DNA of 64,000 bases from Octopus vulgaris (GCA_951406725.2 OX597816.1:60512001-60576000); one strand, 5' to 3'. Counted from the stretch's first letter, positions 1-13,380 are shown. The notes: generated by a model not told the origin, from the letters alone. Made by a program: numbers and translations.

Positions 1-476
1 GTGGGGAACCTATACGCCAAGGAAACCGGGAAACCGGCCCTTATGAGCCAGACATGGCTCGAGAAGGAACAAACATATTTAGTATATAGCGCGTGATCTA
101 GTGGTTAGGATGTTGTACTCACGATTGGAGGATTGTAGTTTCGATTTTCGAACCGGGCAGTGCTTTATATCCTTGAGCAAAATACTTGATTTAACTCACC
201 GAGGAGGCGCATTGTGATTGACAAGCCTTAACATTTAAATTTCGAAACCTGGTGAATACAACGTTTCCTAGGGTCGGTAAAGGAAATGCTAATCAAATAA
301 TTGCAGTCGAAATTAATATATTGCTTCCTCTTCTAGATTCCATACATTGTACCTAGGTTAGAAATAATTAATATTCAGAAAATTGATGTTACGAGGACGT
401 GGGTGTTTTATTCATGTGTATGCGTGTGTGTGTGTGTGTGTGCGTGCGTGTGCATGAATGCACATATGTATGTATA

Positions 477-530
<54 letters not shown>

Positions 531-691
531 TAGATACGTGTGTATATGCGCATCACTTCCCGAGCGTTAAACTAATACATCTGTTTGTTGTTTACACATC
601 TGTCTTCGTCTTTTTTTTTTTTGTAAATTCCAACTATATACCTATATACGTACATATACGTGTATGTGTAGATGTGTTGGAGAAAGGGAGT

Positions 692-715
692 TAGATAGAT
701 AGATAGATAGATAGT

Positions 716-792
<77 letters not shown>
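692..792. repeat. (GATA)n microsatellite
   Basis: Direct reading of TAGA repeats. Confidence 0.95.
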
Positions 793-1555
793 CGTGCAGT
801 TGTTTTATGAAGGTGGCTTATAAAATTGGTGTTATTATACAGAGAAGAACACCCAAGCTTTTAAATGCTCGTATTTTAATCTAAACTTATATTAAATGAT
901 GAATGTACAACATACACAAAAAGCAGACGATTTCTCTGTCACTATGACCCGAATGGGAAGCTTGAAATGTATTGATTAAAATTTGTAATGTATCGTAGTA
1001 AAATATTAATTACGAGATGATATTTAGCCTCAGAGTGACAAACTTTAATATTCAAAACACTTTAATATCAAGACAACCAGGTTTCTGCGAAAATGCTTAT
1101 TTTTGCTTTTTTTCTATTTCGATTTTGAGAAGCAAAATCTACCGAAATTACCATCAGGTTTATTTTGACTGTCTTGTTTTTTTTTTGTTTTTTTTTTGTG
1201 ACAAGAAAAATATAAAGCAGAAAGAAAGTTTAATGTTTCTTATGTCTTTAATCTTTTTCGTGGAGGAAAAACTTTCGTTCAGTCTTCGTAGATGCTGCTT
1301 GAATTACCAGTAAACGTTGGGAAATTTTACAAAACTTTGGTATTATGTGACTGCCGATTTAATTAATTACTCAATGCCATATTAAGTTCGAATCCTTCTG
1401 AGGTTTATCAACTCAATACTAGTCAGGAAATGGCAATAGATCTTAACCAGCTGTCTCCTCCACTAAGCTTGAGGTATTGTACCTAAATTAGAAGTAATTA
1501 ATATTTTGATGATGGGTGATTTTTGTGAGGATATCTTACAAAAATACGAACATAG

Positions 1556-1709
1556 GTGCAAGCGTAGCTGTGTGGTAAGAAGCTTGTTTCCGAACCACAT
1601 GATCCCGGGTTCGGTCCTACTGCGTGGCACCTTCTACTATAGCCTTGGGCCGACCAAAGCCTTGTGAGTGGATTTGATAGACAGAAACTGAAAGAAGCCC
1701 GTCGTATAA

Positions 1710-1710
<1 letters not shown>
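1556..1710 (+). mobile_element. tRNA-derived SINE family A, 5' half with internal deletion
   Basis: A-box-like GCTGTGTGGTAAG, B-box-like GGTTCGGTCC, then CTACTATAGCCTTGGGCCGACCAAAGCC...GAAAGAAGCCCGTCG. Homologous to copies at 7619, 37300, 43320 and 45805. Confidence 0.85.
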
Positions 1711-1760
<50 letters not shown>

Positions 1761-1799
1761 TGTACATCTATTGGACGAAATTCATACGGTTTACAATGT

Positions 1800-3010
1800 C
1801 AGCCAAACAAGGGATAGAAGCCTTTTTCACAGAAACCTAAAATTCCAAAAGTTGAATTATTATTTGAATTTATGCCCATGTCATCGGTGCGTCTTTCCTT
1901 AATAAGCTTGATTTCCGGCAGGATGTTCAGTGTCGGTCGCCTTTGGAATCAATGTGACCAGCCTCGAATGTAACTTACACCTTGCCTGATCAAAGCATTT
2001 ATCAATAGAAGAAATTAATGTATCAAATAGACTGAATACTTATCAAATATTCATCGAATGAAATCAGCGCTTACTGTCTATATAGTTGCATTGTAAGTTA
2101 AGATACCATTAGGTATCTATTTAATTTCAGACTCCTCTGTGCTGTGTTTCAACTCATCAAATAATTTATTCCTTCTTGGTACTTGACTGAAGCAACAATT
2201 TTCTTATTGTTGCTTTACAATCTTCTTACTGTCGCTCACACACACTGAAAGAATGTACTTGATAACATGTTCCAATAGTTTAACCACTCCGGATATTTTT
2301 TCCTTAAGCATATTGCTAACCTCATCAAATCTTATCCCACTACATTTGTGTGAATGTAGCTGCCGTCTTGTGAGCACATCTGATCTTAGGCCTGCGAGTA
2401 ACAGAAACCAGAAATTTTTCACTGGCTACCAAGCGTTTTTTTGCTGTGCTTTTTGCTGGATGCATCGGTAAATTCATCAGTAATAACTGAAAAAATATTT
2501 TGTGCCAATATTACCAAGTAAATATCTCACAACAAAATCCGCCATTTTATATATCGTGTCTCAGATATTTCTCTTTCGTATTATTATTACCAGCTTTGTT
2601 GAACCACCCCACTAAATCAGAAACACCTTTCCTCTCACTGGTACAAGATTTAGATGGTTCACTTTAGATGATTCTTCAACGTTTCCTTGCATGTCTATTT
2701 CATATTGGCAAAGGCACTACAAACACTCAATAATTTTTGCTTTGCATTTACGCTTTATTTGTATGTCTTTTTGCTGTTTCATTCAACCATTCTGCAATGT
2801 TATTATATTTAGGAATCGGCATTTCCATTTTAGTAGCAGCATGATAACATTCAGAGAATCGATGGCTCTCAAAGTGCCGGCCTGCTTTTTACCAACTGCA
2901 AAATCGTTGAATTAATACATTTTTTTTTTTTTACTTTTAACATGCTGCAGTTTTTGAACTTTCATCATACTTCGCACAAAAAATAAAGTGCTCGATCGTA
3001 TGTTTGACTA
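1800..3010 (-). pseudogene. Degraded hAT (Tip100/ZMYM1-like) transposase
   Basis: Minus-strand fragments by manual translation: FCSW*KAGRHFESHRFSECYH (TTF-type zinc finger end), EKYLRHDI*N, and FSVITDEFTDAS (first catalytic D region). Many stops and frameshifts. Confidence 0.65.
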
Positions 3011-3193
3011 TAATGGATAAAATCAAAAGCGGTGAACCAAATTTCTTGAAAAAAAAAACGTTTCTGGTTGCCGATTGTTTGTTTCGGAAAATTAAAATTT
3101 ATCGGTTGATTTGTTTGTGTGAGAGTACAAAAAAAAGTCTCTCGGCTCTGAAATAAAAGTAACTGCTGCTACTTCTTCCGTGGCCCTGTTTTT

Positions 3194-3438
<245 letters not shown>

Positions 3439-3449
3439 CGTTGAAGCAC

Positions 3450-5890
3450 ATTATAAACATACCTTTTGAAATGCTGCGTACACGATGTCTTGAAATGTAT
3501 GCAAGTCTCGATATAAGGTTGCACCTGCATTGTGATGGAGTTGTATTCGCAGGTTGTGGAGCTCATATTGTTGCTGCCAGATTGAGAATGTGGAGATGCG
3601 GCTAAGCGAATCAACCATGGACTGAGAACTTCTTTTATTCGATTGTCCACATTTGCATCTTTGCTACAATTTATCCTTCTCGACAATGTAGGTGGAAATA
3701 TCTAGATAGAAAATGCCTTGTACCTCAGCATCTCGTGTTTGTTTTTTCTTCAGTTTTTTGTTCTACATCGTCTTGTACCATAGCACCTGCCTCTTTCTTA
3801 TGCTGTACAGGACTATTCGTTTAAATGGCAGAATTCAACACGAAATTATCTGTTGTGGAGTGGGAGTTTGTAGTTCCCTTGGTATAACTTGCTAGCTAAG
3901 GTGTATCGTGACTCAACTAAAGTTTACATTCCATCATGTTCTTCCTTGAGACTAAGCTCATTTCTGAATGTATGTGTAACCTGGTCGCTTCCCTTAGTGA
4001 TATATTTGTAGCGTCACTTCACATACTAGTCACTTTGTACGACTTACAATTGATATGGTATCTGCATCGCATCTACAATGGAGAACTGTATTATGCATTC
4101 CATCGGTTGTCCAGTATTATGGTCTGCCCTTGCTGTTCTGCAGATCTTCGCCCATGTTCCGTTCCGATTATGAATTTTCACTCACAACAATTGAGCTTCT
4201 GAGCGATTTCAGGAATTAGTTGGTACTGTAACTACCGAGGCTGTTTGTAGTGATGATGGTGCGTTACTTCTTTTTGTCGAGAATTTTACTGTATACTACC
4301 TTGTCGATTGAGTCAGATTGCTTAGTTTGTTTTGTCTTCCATAAAAAGAATCTGGGTATGGACACTCAATTGTAGAAGAACAGACAATTATTTTGTAAAA
4401 CACCTCTCCTTAATACATCATATATGTGGTTTTGAAAACTCGTGCGCACAAATTGGCTTGTCTTCTCTTCGGGAGTGAGCGTAGCTGTAATTTCAGGCCA
4501 CTTGGGATTTCATAGTTGTCATGATGAAAAATGTGGGCTTGCGATAGTGTGTAACTGTGAAGGAATTTTTTAAATACTCCTTACAGAGGTGCAGTTTGCC
4601 ATAGATGGAGGATGGCAGGATTATCTTTCATTCAGCATTAACACTATTTCCTTGCCAGCGCATCAAACAGAACCAGTCGTTAGTCTTCCCGTATTGCAGA
4701 TTAGGTGTTCTTGGCATAAGGCAACCTGCAGTGCTTGATCTTTTCCTACGATTCGACCGTATTGTGTTGCACCGGTTACTGACTTTTCTTAATAATGCTG
4801 TACTTGGAACTGATATGCATAAAAATTTGTTGCAATTATTAGTGCGGTTATTGCTCCACTTAAGTCCAAGCTGATAGCCATGTAGGAAAATCAGGACGTA
4901 GTGGTGAGACGCCCTCTGGAGCCTCTGATTACATCAAGGTGCCTGCAGTTGTCCTTGACATGATTACTGCCTTTCCTAAAACCATGGACAACTTGTATAA
5001 TTCTGTGGTGAACAGTAGATGGCTTTTGCACGTTGTACCTCATCTATACCAGTGATTCGCAACCGATATGCTGCGGCACACTGGTGTACTAAGTGTGCCG
5101 CAGTGTAACTTGAACATAATTATTTTCGCTATACTTTTAGTTATATTTTTAGTTCAGGTGCCATCGAATTTTGAAGAGAATATAAGTACACCGCAAGTGA
5201 AAAATGGTTGCGGAGCACTGATCTGTATTATTAATAGCAGCAGTTCTTATGAGCACCGTGAAACTTTTAATATGGGTTTTGTTCTCGTGTACTGACTTTT
5301 ACAAATTTTGAGATATCTTAGGAAATTAAATGTTTGCTTAGCTCAGCCTGTTTACAGCTCACCATCTGTATTATAAAAGTTGCCGTTGGCGGATTTATCT
5401 CGTATCCGAGTATTTATTTTCTTCTTTGCTGAACGCTTCCTATATGGTGATGCCGTTGATGACTCTGGAGATCAATTCTTGCATTGAAAAGCCAATAGCA
5501 TTGACTGCATGGCGATGTCGGTGGAAGAAGAGGTTGATTTTGTGGAGGCTTTCTCTCCTGTTATTTGATTTCTTTTCTTTTTCTCTTCTGGCGGCTTCAA
5601 AGATTTTGGTTCCGATGGTGATGGAAAACCGCCACTTAGTACGGCCTCGCAGGGTAGCAATGATCCTATTTGCTAGGGGATGTAGCTTAATTTTTCCATC
5701 GCAGCAGTAAGTTGATTTGAGCACACTCTTTGCTATGTTCGCAAATAGATGAGCAAAACCTTCACAGCATTGTGTAAGGTAAAAATGCCAAAGCTTCATT
5801 CTCATCAGAAACATCACAGGTTCTTCATCAGTTTCATGAGTGTCTAGTCGTTTCAATCTAGGAGAGCTGTAATCGTTGCATTTCACTCTG
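3450..5890 (-). pseudogene. Helitron RepHel fossil (Rep/HUH domain region)
   Basis: Colinear minus-strand motifs: CCDGKIKLHPL; HYVLIFLHG; FYAYQFQV; KIILPSS; HYRKPTFFIM..NPKWPEIT; DSIDKVVYSKILD; LDNRW....HINC; YKYITKGSD (catalytic Tyr motif); LRIQLHHNAGATLYRDL. Heavily frameshifted. Confidence 0.8.
5050..5220. mobile_element. hAT/Charlie-type MITE inserted in the Helitron fossil
   Basis: TIRs CAGTGATTCGCAACC / GGTTGCGGAGCACTG; imperfect 8-bp TSD ATCTATAC / ATCTGTAT. Confidence 0.75.
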
Positions 5891-6428
5891 GAATGCTTTC
5901 ATTTTGCCTCTGATCTGTCAGATTTTAAGCCTATGCAGTTAGGCGAGAACGGCTTTGAGAAGGAAACGTCACACGCATGCCACAGCATCATGATTACGTA
6001 GTTTCACAACTAATAAATGAATGCACGCAAAACAAACACTGGCGCACGTGCGTTTGTGTGTGTGTGTGTGTGCGTCGATAGAAATCTGCATCGATGCAGT
6101 CATATATGTAAATATATACAAACTCGTATATGTTATTACGTGAATCTACGTGTATACGTTATTATGTAAGTGATGTTTATATGTGAATGTGTGTGTAGGT
6201 GTGTACGAGCGAGAAGAAGAGAGACAAAAAGAAAGGAAGGAACGAAGGAAGGAACGAAGGAAGGAACGAAGGAAGGAAAAAAAGAAAGAAAGAGACGCGG
6301 TAGAGAAAGAAATAGTTTATGGGTGTGCTGATCTACTCAACTATGGCAACTTCAAGGTATCTACCGCTGAAAAGAAACCAACACTTTTTAATGTATCGGC
6401 CTATGTTGTTTTCCCTTTGTATTTCACT

Positions 6429-7003
6429 GAGGCAGCGAGCTGGCAGAAATGTTGGCATGCCGGGCGAAATGCGTAGCCGTATTTCGTCTGCCGTTACGTT
6501 CTGAGTTCAAATTCCGCCGAGGTCCACTTTGCCTTTCATCCTTTCGGGGTCGATAAATTAAGTACCAGTTACGCACTGAGGTCGATGTAATCGACGTAAT
6601 TCTTTTGTCTGTCCTTGTTTGTCCCCTCTGTGTTTAGCCCCTTGTGGGTAGTAAAGGAATAGGTATTTCGTCTGTCGTTACGTTCTGAGTTCAAATTCCG
6701 CCGAGGTCCACTTTGCCTTTCATCCTTTCGGGGTCGATAAATTAAGTACCAGTTACGCACTGAGGTCGATGTAATCGACGTAATTCTTTTGTCTGTCCTT
6801 GTTTGTCCCCTCTGTGTTTAGCCCCTTGTGGGTAGTAAAGGAATAGGTATTTCGTCTGTCGTTACGTTCTAAGTTCAAATTCCGCCGAGGTCGACTTTGC
6901 CTTTCATCCTTTCAGGGTCAATAAATTAAGTTGCGTATTGGGCTCGATCTAATCGACTGGTCCTCTCCCCAAAGTTTTCGGTTCCTGTGCCTAGAGTAGA
7001 AAA
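6429..7003 (+). mobile_element. SINE family B, multimeric copy with a 184-bp internal tandem repeat
   Basis: GGCAGCGAGCTGGCAGAA head, GAGTTCAAATTCC B-box and central GCCTTTCATCCTTTCGGGGTCGATAAATTAAGTACC. Repeat phase at 6481, 6665 and 6849. Confidence 0.9.
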
Positions 7004-7618
7004 GGATATTTGTACCTCACTACATATTACTATTATGATGTACTTCTTCTTTTTAATTGATCGCGTTTGGTATTTTGCTCACTGACACTTCACGACCTCT
7101 GAACTATCCATCGTTAACCATCAGTAACTTCACACGCAGTTTAAATGTAGAAACGTTCTGTGAACTGGCAGAATCGTTAGAGCTTCGCGGGGAAATGCTT
7201 TGTGGTATTTCTTCCGGCTCTGAGTTGAAATCGCACCCAAGTTAACTTTGCCTTTCTTGCTTTCGAGATCGACAAAATAAAGTAGCATTCAAGTACTGGT
7301 GTCGACGGTATCGACTAGCCCTCCTCCTCTTCAACATTACTGATTTTGTGCCTAAATTAGAAACCATATTATTCTGAGCTTTGGTAGAATCAGTACAGCA
7401 CAAGGCAAAATGTTTTTAGGGATTTGATATTGTAACTCTTACTCTTTGAAGTTCGAATCCTTCTGAGGTTTATCAACTCAATACTAGTCAGGAAATGGCA
7501 ATAGATCTTAACCAGCTGTCACCTCCACTAAGCTTGAGGTATTGTACCTAAATTAGAAGTAATTAATATTTTGATGATGGGTGATATCACGAGGAAATCT
7601 TACAAAAATACAAACATA

Positions 7619-8010
7619 GGTGCAAGCGTAGCTGTGTGGTAAGAAGCTTGTTTCCGAACCATATGGTCCCGGGTTCGGTCCTATTGCGTGGCACTTTGGG
7701 TAAGTGTCTTCTACTATAGCCTTGGGCCGACCAAAGCCTTGTGAGTGGATTTGATAGACGGAAACTGAAAGAAGCCCGTCGTATAAATATATGTATGTGT
7801 GTGTGTGTGTGTGTGTCTTTATGTTTGTTCCCCGCCATCACTTGACAACCGATGATGCTGTGTTTATATCCCCCGTAACTCAACAGTTCGGCAAAAGATT
7901 CCGATAGAATAAGTATCAGTACTATAAAGAAAAAATTAGATTTATTCGACTAAAATTCTAGGTAGTGCTCTAGCATGGCCACAGTCTAATGACTCACACA
8001 GTTAAATGAT
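7619..8010 (+). mobile_element. SINE family A, full length
   Basis: Head, CORE-like TTGGG(C/T)AAGTGTCTTCTAC, internal (TA)/(TG) tract and 3' part ending GCATGGCCACAGTC..ATGACT. Confidence 0.85.
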
Positions 8011-8531
8011 ATAAGATACAAATTTATTTATTTGTTTATAGATTTATTCTGGAAGTGTACTTCCCAGACAAGTGACTGGATCTGAGACTGCGTGTTGAAA
8101 CTAAAACGAAAATTTTTACATCTTACATAATAAAGCTCAATGTCTGTGTATCTGTATAACTATTGGACGAAAGAGAATAGAAGATACGTAAAAACAAAGT
8201 ATGTGTTCGCATGGAAAATTTTACGAGAAAGTCGATGAGCTACATAAAATTTACTTTCCATTGCGATTAGTGGGCTTAAAAGGGGGCAAATTCCCCCGTG
8301 AAATTTCAAATACCTGCGATTTCAATAAAAATACCAACATGACTACTAGGTACTAAATAAAGACGATTTCCAGAAGTTGCACCATCTTACAATATTATTT
8401 AACCCCACTAATAGGGTTTATAATATGGGACAGAGCCTCTTTGAAAGTGCAAATACATCCACTTTTCAGGGAAGATACATAAAATTTAAGTATGGGTTCT
8501 TGGAATAACTGAACTACAAAACTTCAAAACA

Positions 8532-8599
<68 letters not shown>

Positions 8600-8604
8600 A
8601 TATA

Positions 8605-8650
<46 letters not shown>

Positions 8651-8875
8651 ATCAATATAGGGTGGCAAAAAAAATTTTGTAGAATCTTATTGCCACCAGC
8701 GGCCTAGTGGGAAAAAATTAAATAGTCATAAACCATTTTTAAGTTCAACATCACAATCAAGGAACGGCCATAATAGGCCATTCACCCACTAGAAATAACA
8801 GCCAAAAGCTTCAACCGCAAAATAACATCAATTCCGTAAACCAGGAGAAAATTAAAATAAAACATTTACCCTGTA

Positions 8876-8982
8876 ATTTCTTATACGATGCACCGTTTCG
8901 TCTACTGTTTAATGGTAAACTAACCTGATTAAATTAAATCAAGCCAATCTACCATAGGCCCTTAGATTCATCAGTAAGAAAT
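8876..8982 (-). ncRNA. Type I hammerhead ribozyme, copy 1 of the 494-bp unit
   Basis: Reverse complement of 10146-10252. Confidence 0.8.
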
Positions 8983-9369
8983 AGCCAAGTCGGAACAGAT
9001 ATTTTTCACGAGGCATTCCCGTCCCTGCCTCGGCAATATCTGACCTAAAATTTTCAAATCATCGCACTCGCGCCAAATTTATCGGCAGCAAATAAATATA
9101 AGCCGCCGATTCCATTACGGAACTAACCAGAAAATTCATAATTAATCAATATAGGGTGGCAAAAAAAAATTTTGTAGAATCTTATTGCCACCAGCGGCCT
9201 AGTGGGAAAAAATTAAATAGTCATAAACCATTTTTAAGTTCAACATCACAATCAAGGAACGGCCATAATAGGCCATTCACCCACTAGAAATAACAGCCAA
9301 AAGCTTCAACTGCAAAATAACATCAATTCCGTAAACCAGGAGAAAATTAAAAAAAACATTTACCCTGTA

Positions 9370-9476
9370 ATTTCTTATACGATGCACCGTTTCGTCTACT
9401 GTTTAATGGTAAACTAACCTGATTAAATTAAATCAAGCCAATCTACCATAGGCCCTTAGATTCATCAGTAAGAAAT
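9370..9476 (-). ncRNA. Type I hammerhead ribozyme, copy 2 of the 494-bp unit
   Basis: Reverse complement of 10146-10252. Confidence 0.8.
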
Positions 9477-10145
9477 AGCCAAGTCGGAACAGATATTTTT
9501 CACGAGGCATTCCCGTCCCTGCCTCGGCAATATCTGACCTAAAATTTTCAAATCATCGCACTCGCGCCAAATTTATCGGCAGCAAATAAATATAAGCCGC
9601 CGATTCCATTACGGAACTAACCAGAAAATTCATAATTAATCAATATAGGGTGGCAAAAAAAATTTTGTAGAATCTTATTGCCACCAGCGGCCTAGTGGGA
9701 AAAAATTAAATAGTCATAAACCATTTTTAAGTTCAACATCACAATCAAGGAACGGCCATAATAGGCCATTCACCCACTAGAAATAACAGCCAAAAGCTTC
9801 AACCGCAAAATAACATCAATTCCGTAAACCAGGAGAAAATTAAAAAAACATTTACCCTGTAATGTTGAACATTTACCCTGTGATGTTGAACTTAAAAATG
9901 GTTTATGACTATTTAATTTTTTCCCACTAGGCCGCTGGTGGCAATAAGATTCTACAAAATTTTTTTTGCCACCCTATATTGATTAATTATGAATTTTCTG
10001 GTTAGTTCCGTAATGGAATCGGCGGCTTATATTTATTTGCTGCCGATAAATTTGGCGCGAGTGCGATGATTTGAAAATTTTAGGTCAGATATTGCCGAGG
10101 CAGGGACGGGAATGCCTCGTGAAAAATATCTGTTCCGACTTGGCT

Positions 10146-10252
10146 ATTTCTTACTGATGAATCTAAGGGCCTATGGTAGATTGGCTTGATTTAATTTAAT
10201 CAGGTTAGTTTACCATTAAACAGTAGACGAAACGGTGCATCGTATAAGAAAT
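10146..10252 (+). ncRNA. Type I hammerhead ribozyme with a long stem II extension
   Basis: Stem I ATTTCTTA/TAAGAAAT; core CTGATGA (10154-60); stem II TCTA/TAGA; GAAA (10229-32); stem III ACGG-TGCA-TCGT; predicted cleavage after GUA (10244). Confidence 0.82.
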
Positions 10253-10376
10253 TACAGGGTAAATGTTTTTTTTAATTTTCTCCTGGTTTACGGAATTGAT
10301 GTTATTTTGCGGTTGAAGCTTTTGGCTGTTATTTCTAGTGGGTGAATGGCCTATTATGGCCGTTCCTTGATTGTGA

Positions 10377-10451
<75 letters not shown>

Positions 10452-10459
10452 TGTATGTA

Positions 10460-10496
<37 letters not shown>

Positions 10497-11349
10497 GTAT
10501 ACATATGAATATAAACATAAAAATGGAACAAAAACGCAATAGAGGGCATTAAAACATTTGGACAGATAAATGACACAAAGGCGGACAAGAGAAACAACAA
10601 TTAGAAGAACAGGCAAAAAAAGACGGGTCATTCTTGGTTTTCTTTCATCAGTCAAGTCCCAGAAGTCACGACCACTTCGGGCAGTTACACTTGAGATAGT
10701 TCGATCTGGTTGCTCCCAAAAGTGTGTAAGGTAAGAGCATTATACCCCATGCAAGAAAGCTAGCGAATGTGTACGGAAACAAAGAGAAAAAAAACAAAAC
10801 AAAACAACAACAAAAAAATGGAGAACAAGGTACACAATTATGAATACAAACAATAAGAAATAACAACAGGTGTCATACATACTTACATACATACATACAT
10901 TCATACAAACATGCAGGCATACATACATACATACACGCATGCTTGCATACATACATACATACACACACTCACACACACACACACATACATACATACATAC
11001 ATACATACATACATACATACATACATACATACATACATACATACAGACATACAGACATACATACATACATACAAACATAAATGTATATGTTGGCTGTGTT
11101 AAACTAAACTTCAGAGTGACGGTAACATAAATAACAATATTAGTCTATCTTGGATTAAAAACTATTTTCCCCTCCCTTTGGATGATATACATTTGCATCA
11201 ACAAAAGGCATGATATACGAAAGGGATAGGGATACCGATAAAACACCTACTCTTTTATATTGTTTGGAAATCAGACGCTATAAAAACGACTAAACATAGT
11301 CACATGTTGGCTCGTCATAATTCTTGCACAGTTTCACTGTTTTAATGAT

Positions 11350-11830
11350 TGCGCTCTTCTTTTCCATCTTAGTCCGAATTGTTTAACTAAATCATCTTCC
11401 CATCTCGTAGTAGCTTCCGAGTGACATTATCCGTTATCTTAGTCCACCTGTGAACCTTGCGACATGTTCGACCCAGCGGAACTTATACTTTCAGTATTCA
11501 ACGATCACGTCATTCACTCCGCTCCGTTCTCGAATTACCTTATTTCTCGAATTACTTTATTTCTCGAAATACCTTGGCGCTATTGAAGGGTCTAGCACGT
11601 AGGGTCTTGTCCAGCATTGCTTAGAACATGTCTTTTACTGAGGTAAACGTCTTCCATCCCGTCACTATTCTCCTTGAGATTTCAGCGTCCATGTCTCGGT
11701 GCATATTCATTGTGTGCCCCAAGTAGACGGACTCATTTACCTCCTCGATTTCATTGTTTCTTACCTTTATTGGGCCTTTTGTTACGTTTTCAGACTGCAT
11801 ATATTTTGTCTACATGCGGTTCATTTTAAA
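11350..11830 (-). mobile_element. RTE-clade LINE, 3' RT fragment
   Basis: EVNESVYLGH, MDAEISRRIVTGWKTF, KFRWVEHVAR, RWEDD on the minus strand. Confidence 0.7.
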
Positions 11831-12485
11831 TATATACGCATTCATATTGTTAAATATAAGCTACCATAAGATGGTGAATCGAAAACAATACTTAATCAAG
11901 AGATATAACTGTAATGGTAAGTCCTTAGTGTTAACAAAAATCACTCTTCAATGGTGCCAGAAAAAGAACTCTGAAACTGTCAATCGACTAAAAATTTAAT
12001 GGAGACAGGCTGTGAGAAAAATGAGTTTGATATTCGGTAGCTATGGTGATAACGCTGTACATGTTTCAGTCGTATTAAACCTCCCCAACAAAATATAGAT
12101 TGCTCAAATTATCCAAGAACTGAGAACAATTAATCGATTAATCGATAGAGATTTTTATGTACAAATAATTCAGTGATTATGCAAATTGAATAATGACTAA
12201 TACACACATACCTATTTTTATATGAGTGTATGTGTATGTGCATATGTGTGCATGTGAATGAGATAGAGAAAGGAAGAAAGAAAGAAAGAAAGAAAGAAGG
12301 GAAGGAAGGAAGGAAGGAGGGAACGAAGGAAGGAAAAGTAAAGAATGACAGAAGCAGGGGGAGAGATAGAGAAGTAAATAGATAGAGAGAAAAGAAAATG
12401 AGAATAAGAATCACATAAACTCAACAGAATACATCACAAATCGTGTACACACACACACACATATGCACACGCACACATACTTGTA

Positions 12486-12562
<77 letters not shown>

Positions 12563-12779
12563 CTGCACGGGCGCTCATATATGCGTGATGCGTGTGATAG
12601 AGGGGGAATAAGTATGTGGTGTTGTGGGCTGTATTCGCGCGCGCACGCGTAGTAAAGTGCTTTCAAGCGTCACACAGTGGAAACTTTCGTAGAACTGTGG
12701 TGGAAAATTACCGAAATTATTTGATTTTACGCACTTTCTACATCATGTCTATTTTTCATTCTCTTCTACCGTTCGTTCT

Positions 12780-13112
12780 CCCATCTCATTCTCTCTCTCT
12801 CTCTCTCACTTTCTATTTCTGTCTATCTTTATCTCGCTCTTCTTTACTCTGTGTATCATTGTTGTTCCTTACTCTCCACTTCCGCCTTTTACACTCCATA
12901 TCATTCTCAAATATCATCTCTCGCTATATCGTACCAACCTCCACCTCTTCACCGTTCAACCATTTCTATTTATCATCTCCTACTATCATCCGCTCTCCTT
13001 CCTTTTATTATTTACCATTCCACTTTCTCTCACTCACTCTCATTCTCTCTCTCCTCTTTCCTCCATCCATCCATCCATCCATCCATCCATCCATCCATCC
13101 ATCCATCCATCC

Positions 13113-13177
<65 letters not shown>

Positions 13178-13380
13178 GCTTTCTATCTCCCTCTCTCTCT
13201 TTCTCCCTTCTTCTATCTCTCTCTCTTCCTTCTCTCTCCTCTCTTTTTATCTCTCCCTTGCTCCCTCACCCTCTCTCTCCATCTCTCATTCTCTTTCTCT
13301 TTAGCTTAATTTCCCCCTCGTTCCCCTCCCTCTCTCTCTTCTTTCTCTCAGCGTGTTTCTCCTCGGTTCCCCCCTTAATC

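Larger units (their letters stand above)
8648..10378. mobile_element. HHR-containing ~494-bp repeat: about 2.45 tandem units plus one inverted, circularly permuted unit, inside (TA)n (retrozyme / PLE pseudo-LTR-like)
   Basis: ATCAATATAGGGTGGC recurs at 8651, 9145 and 9639. 9880-10378 is the reverse complement and reads through the unit junction. (TA)n on both flanks; no ORF. Confidence 0.9.

Noticed and set aside
8648-10378. Ambisense viroid-like pair of ribozymes, or a CRISPR-like array
   Set aside because: The opposite-strand HHR is only the inverted copy, no second ribozyme was seen within a unit, and there are no variable spacers.
10625-10700. Possible permuted HHR on the minus strand (GAAG..GTG...CTGATGA)
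   Set aside because: No GAAA and the stems could not be paired convincingly; may be a decayed PLE-type repeat.
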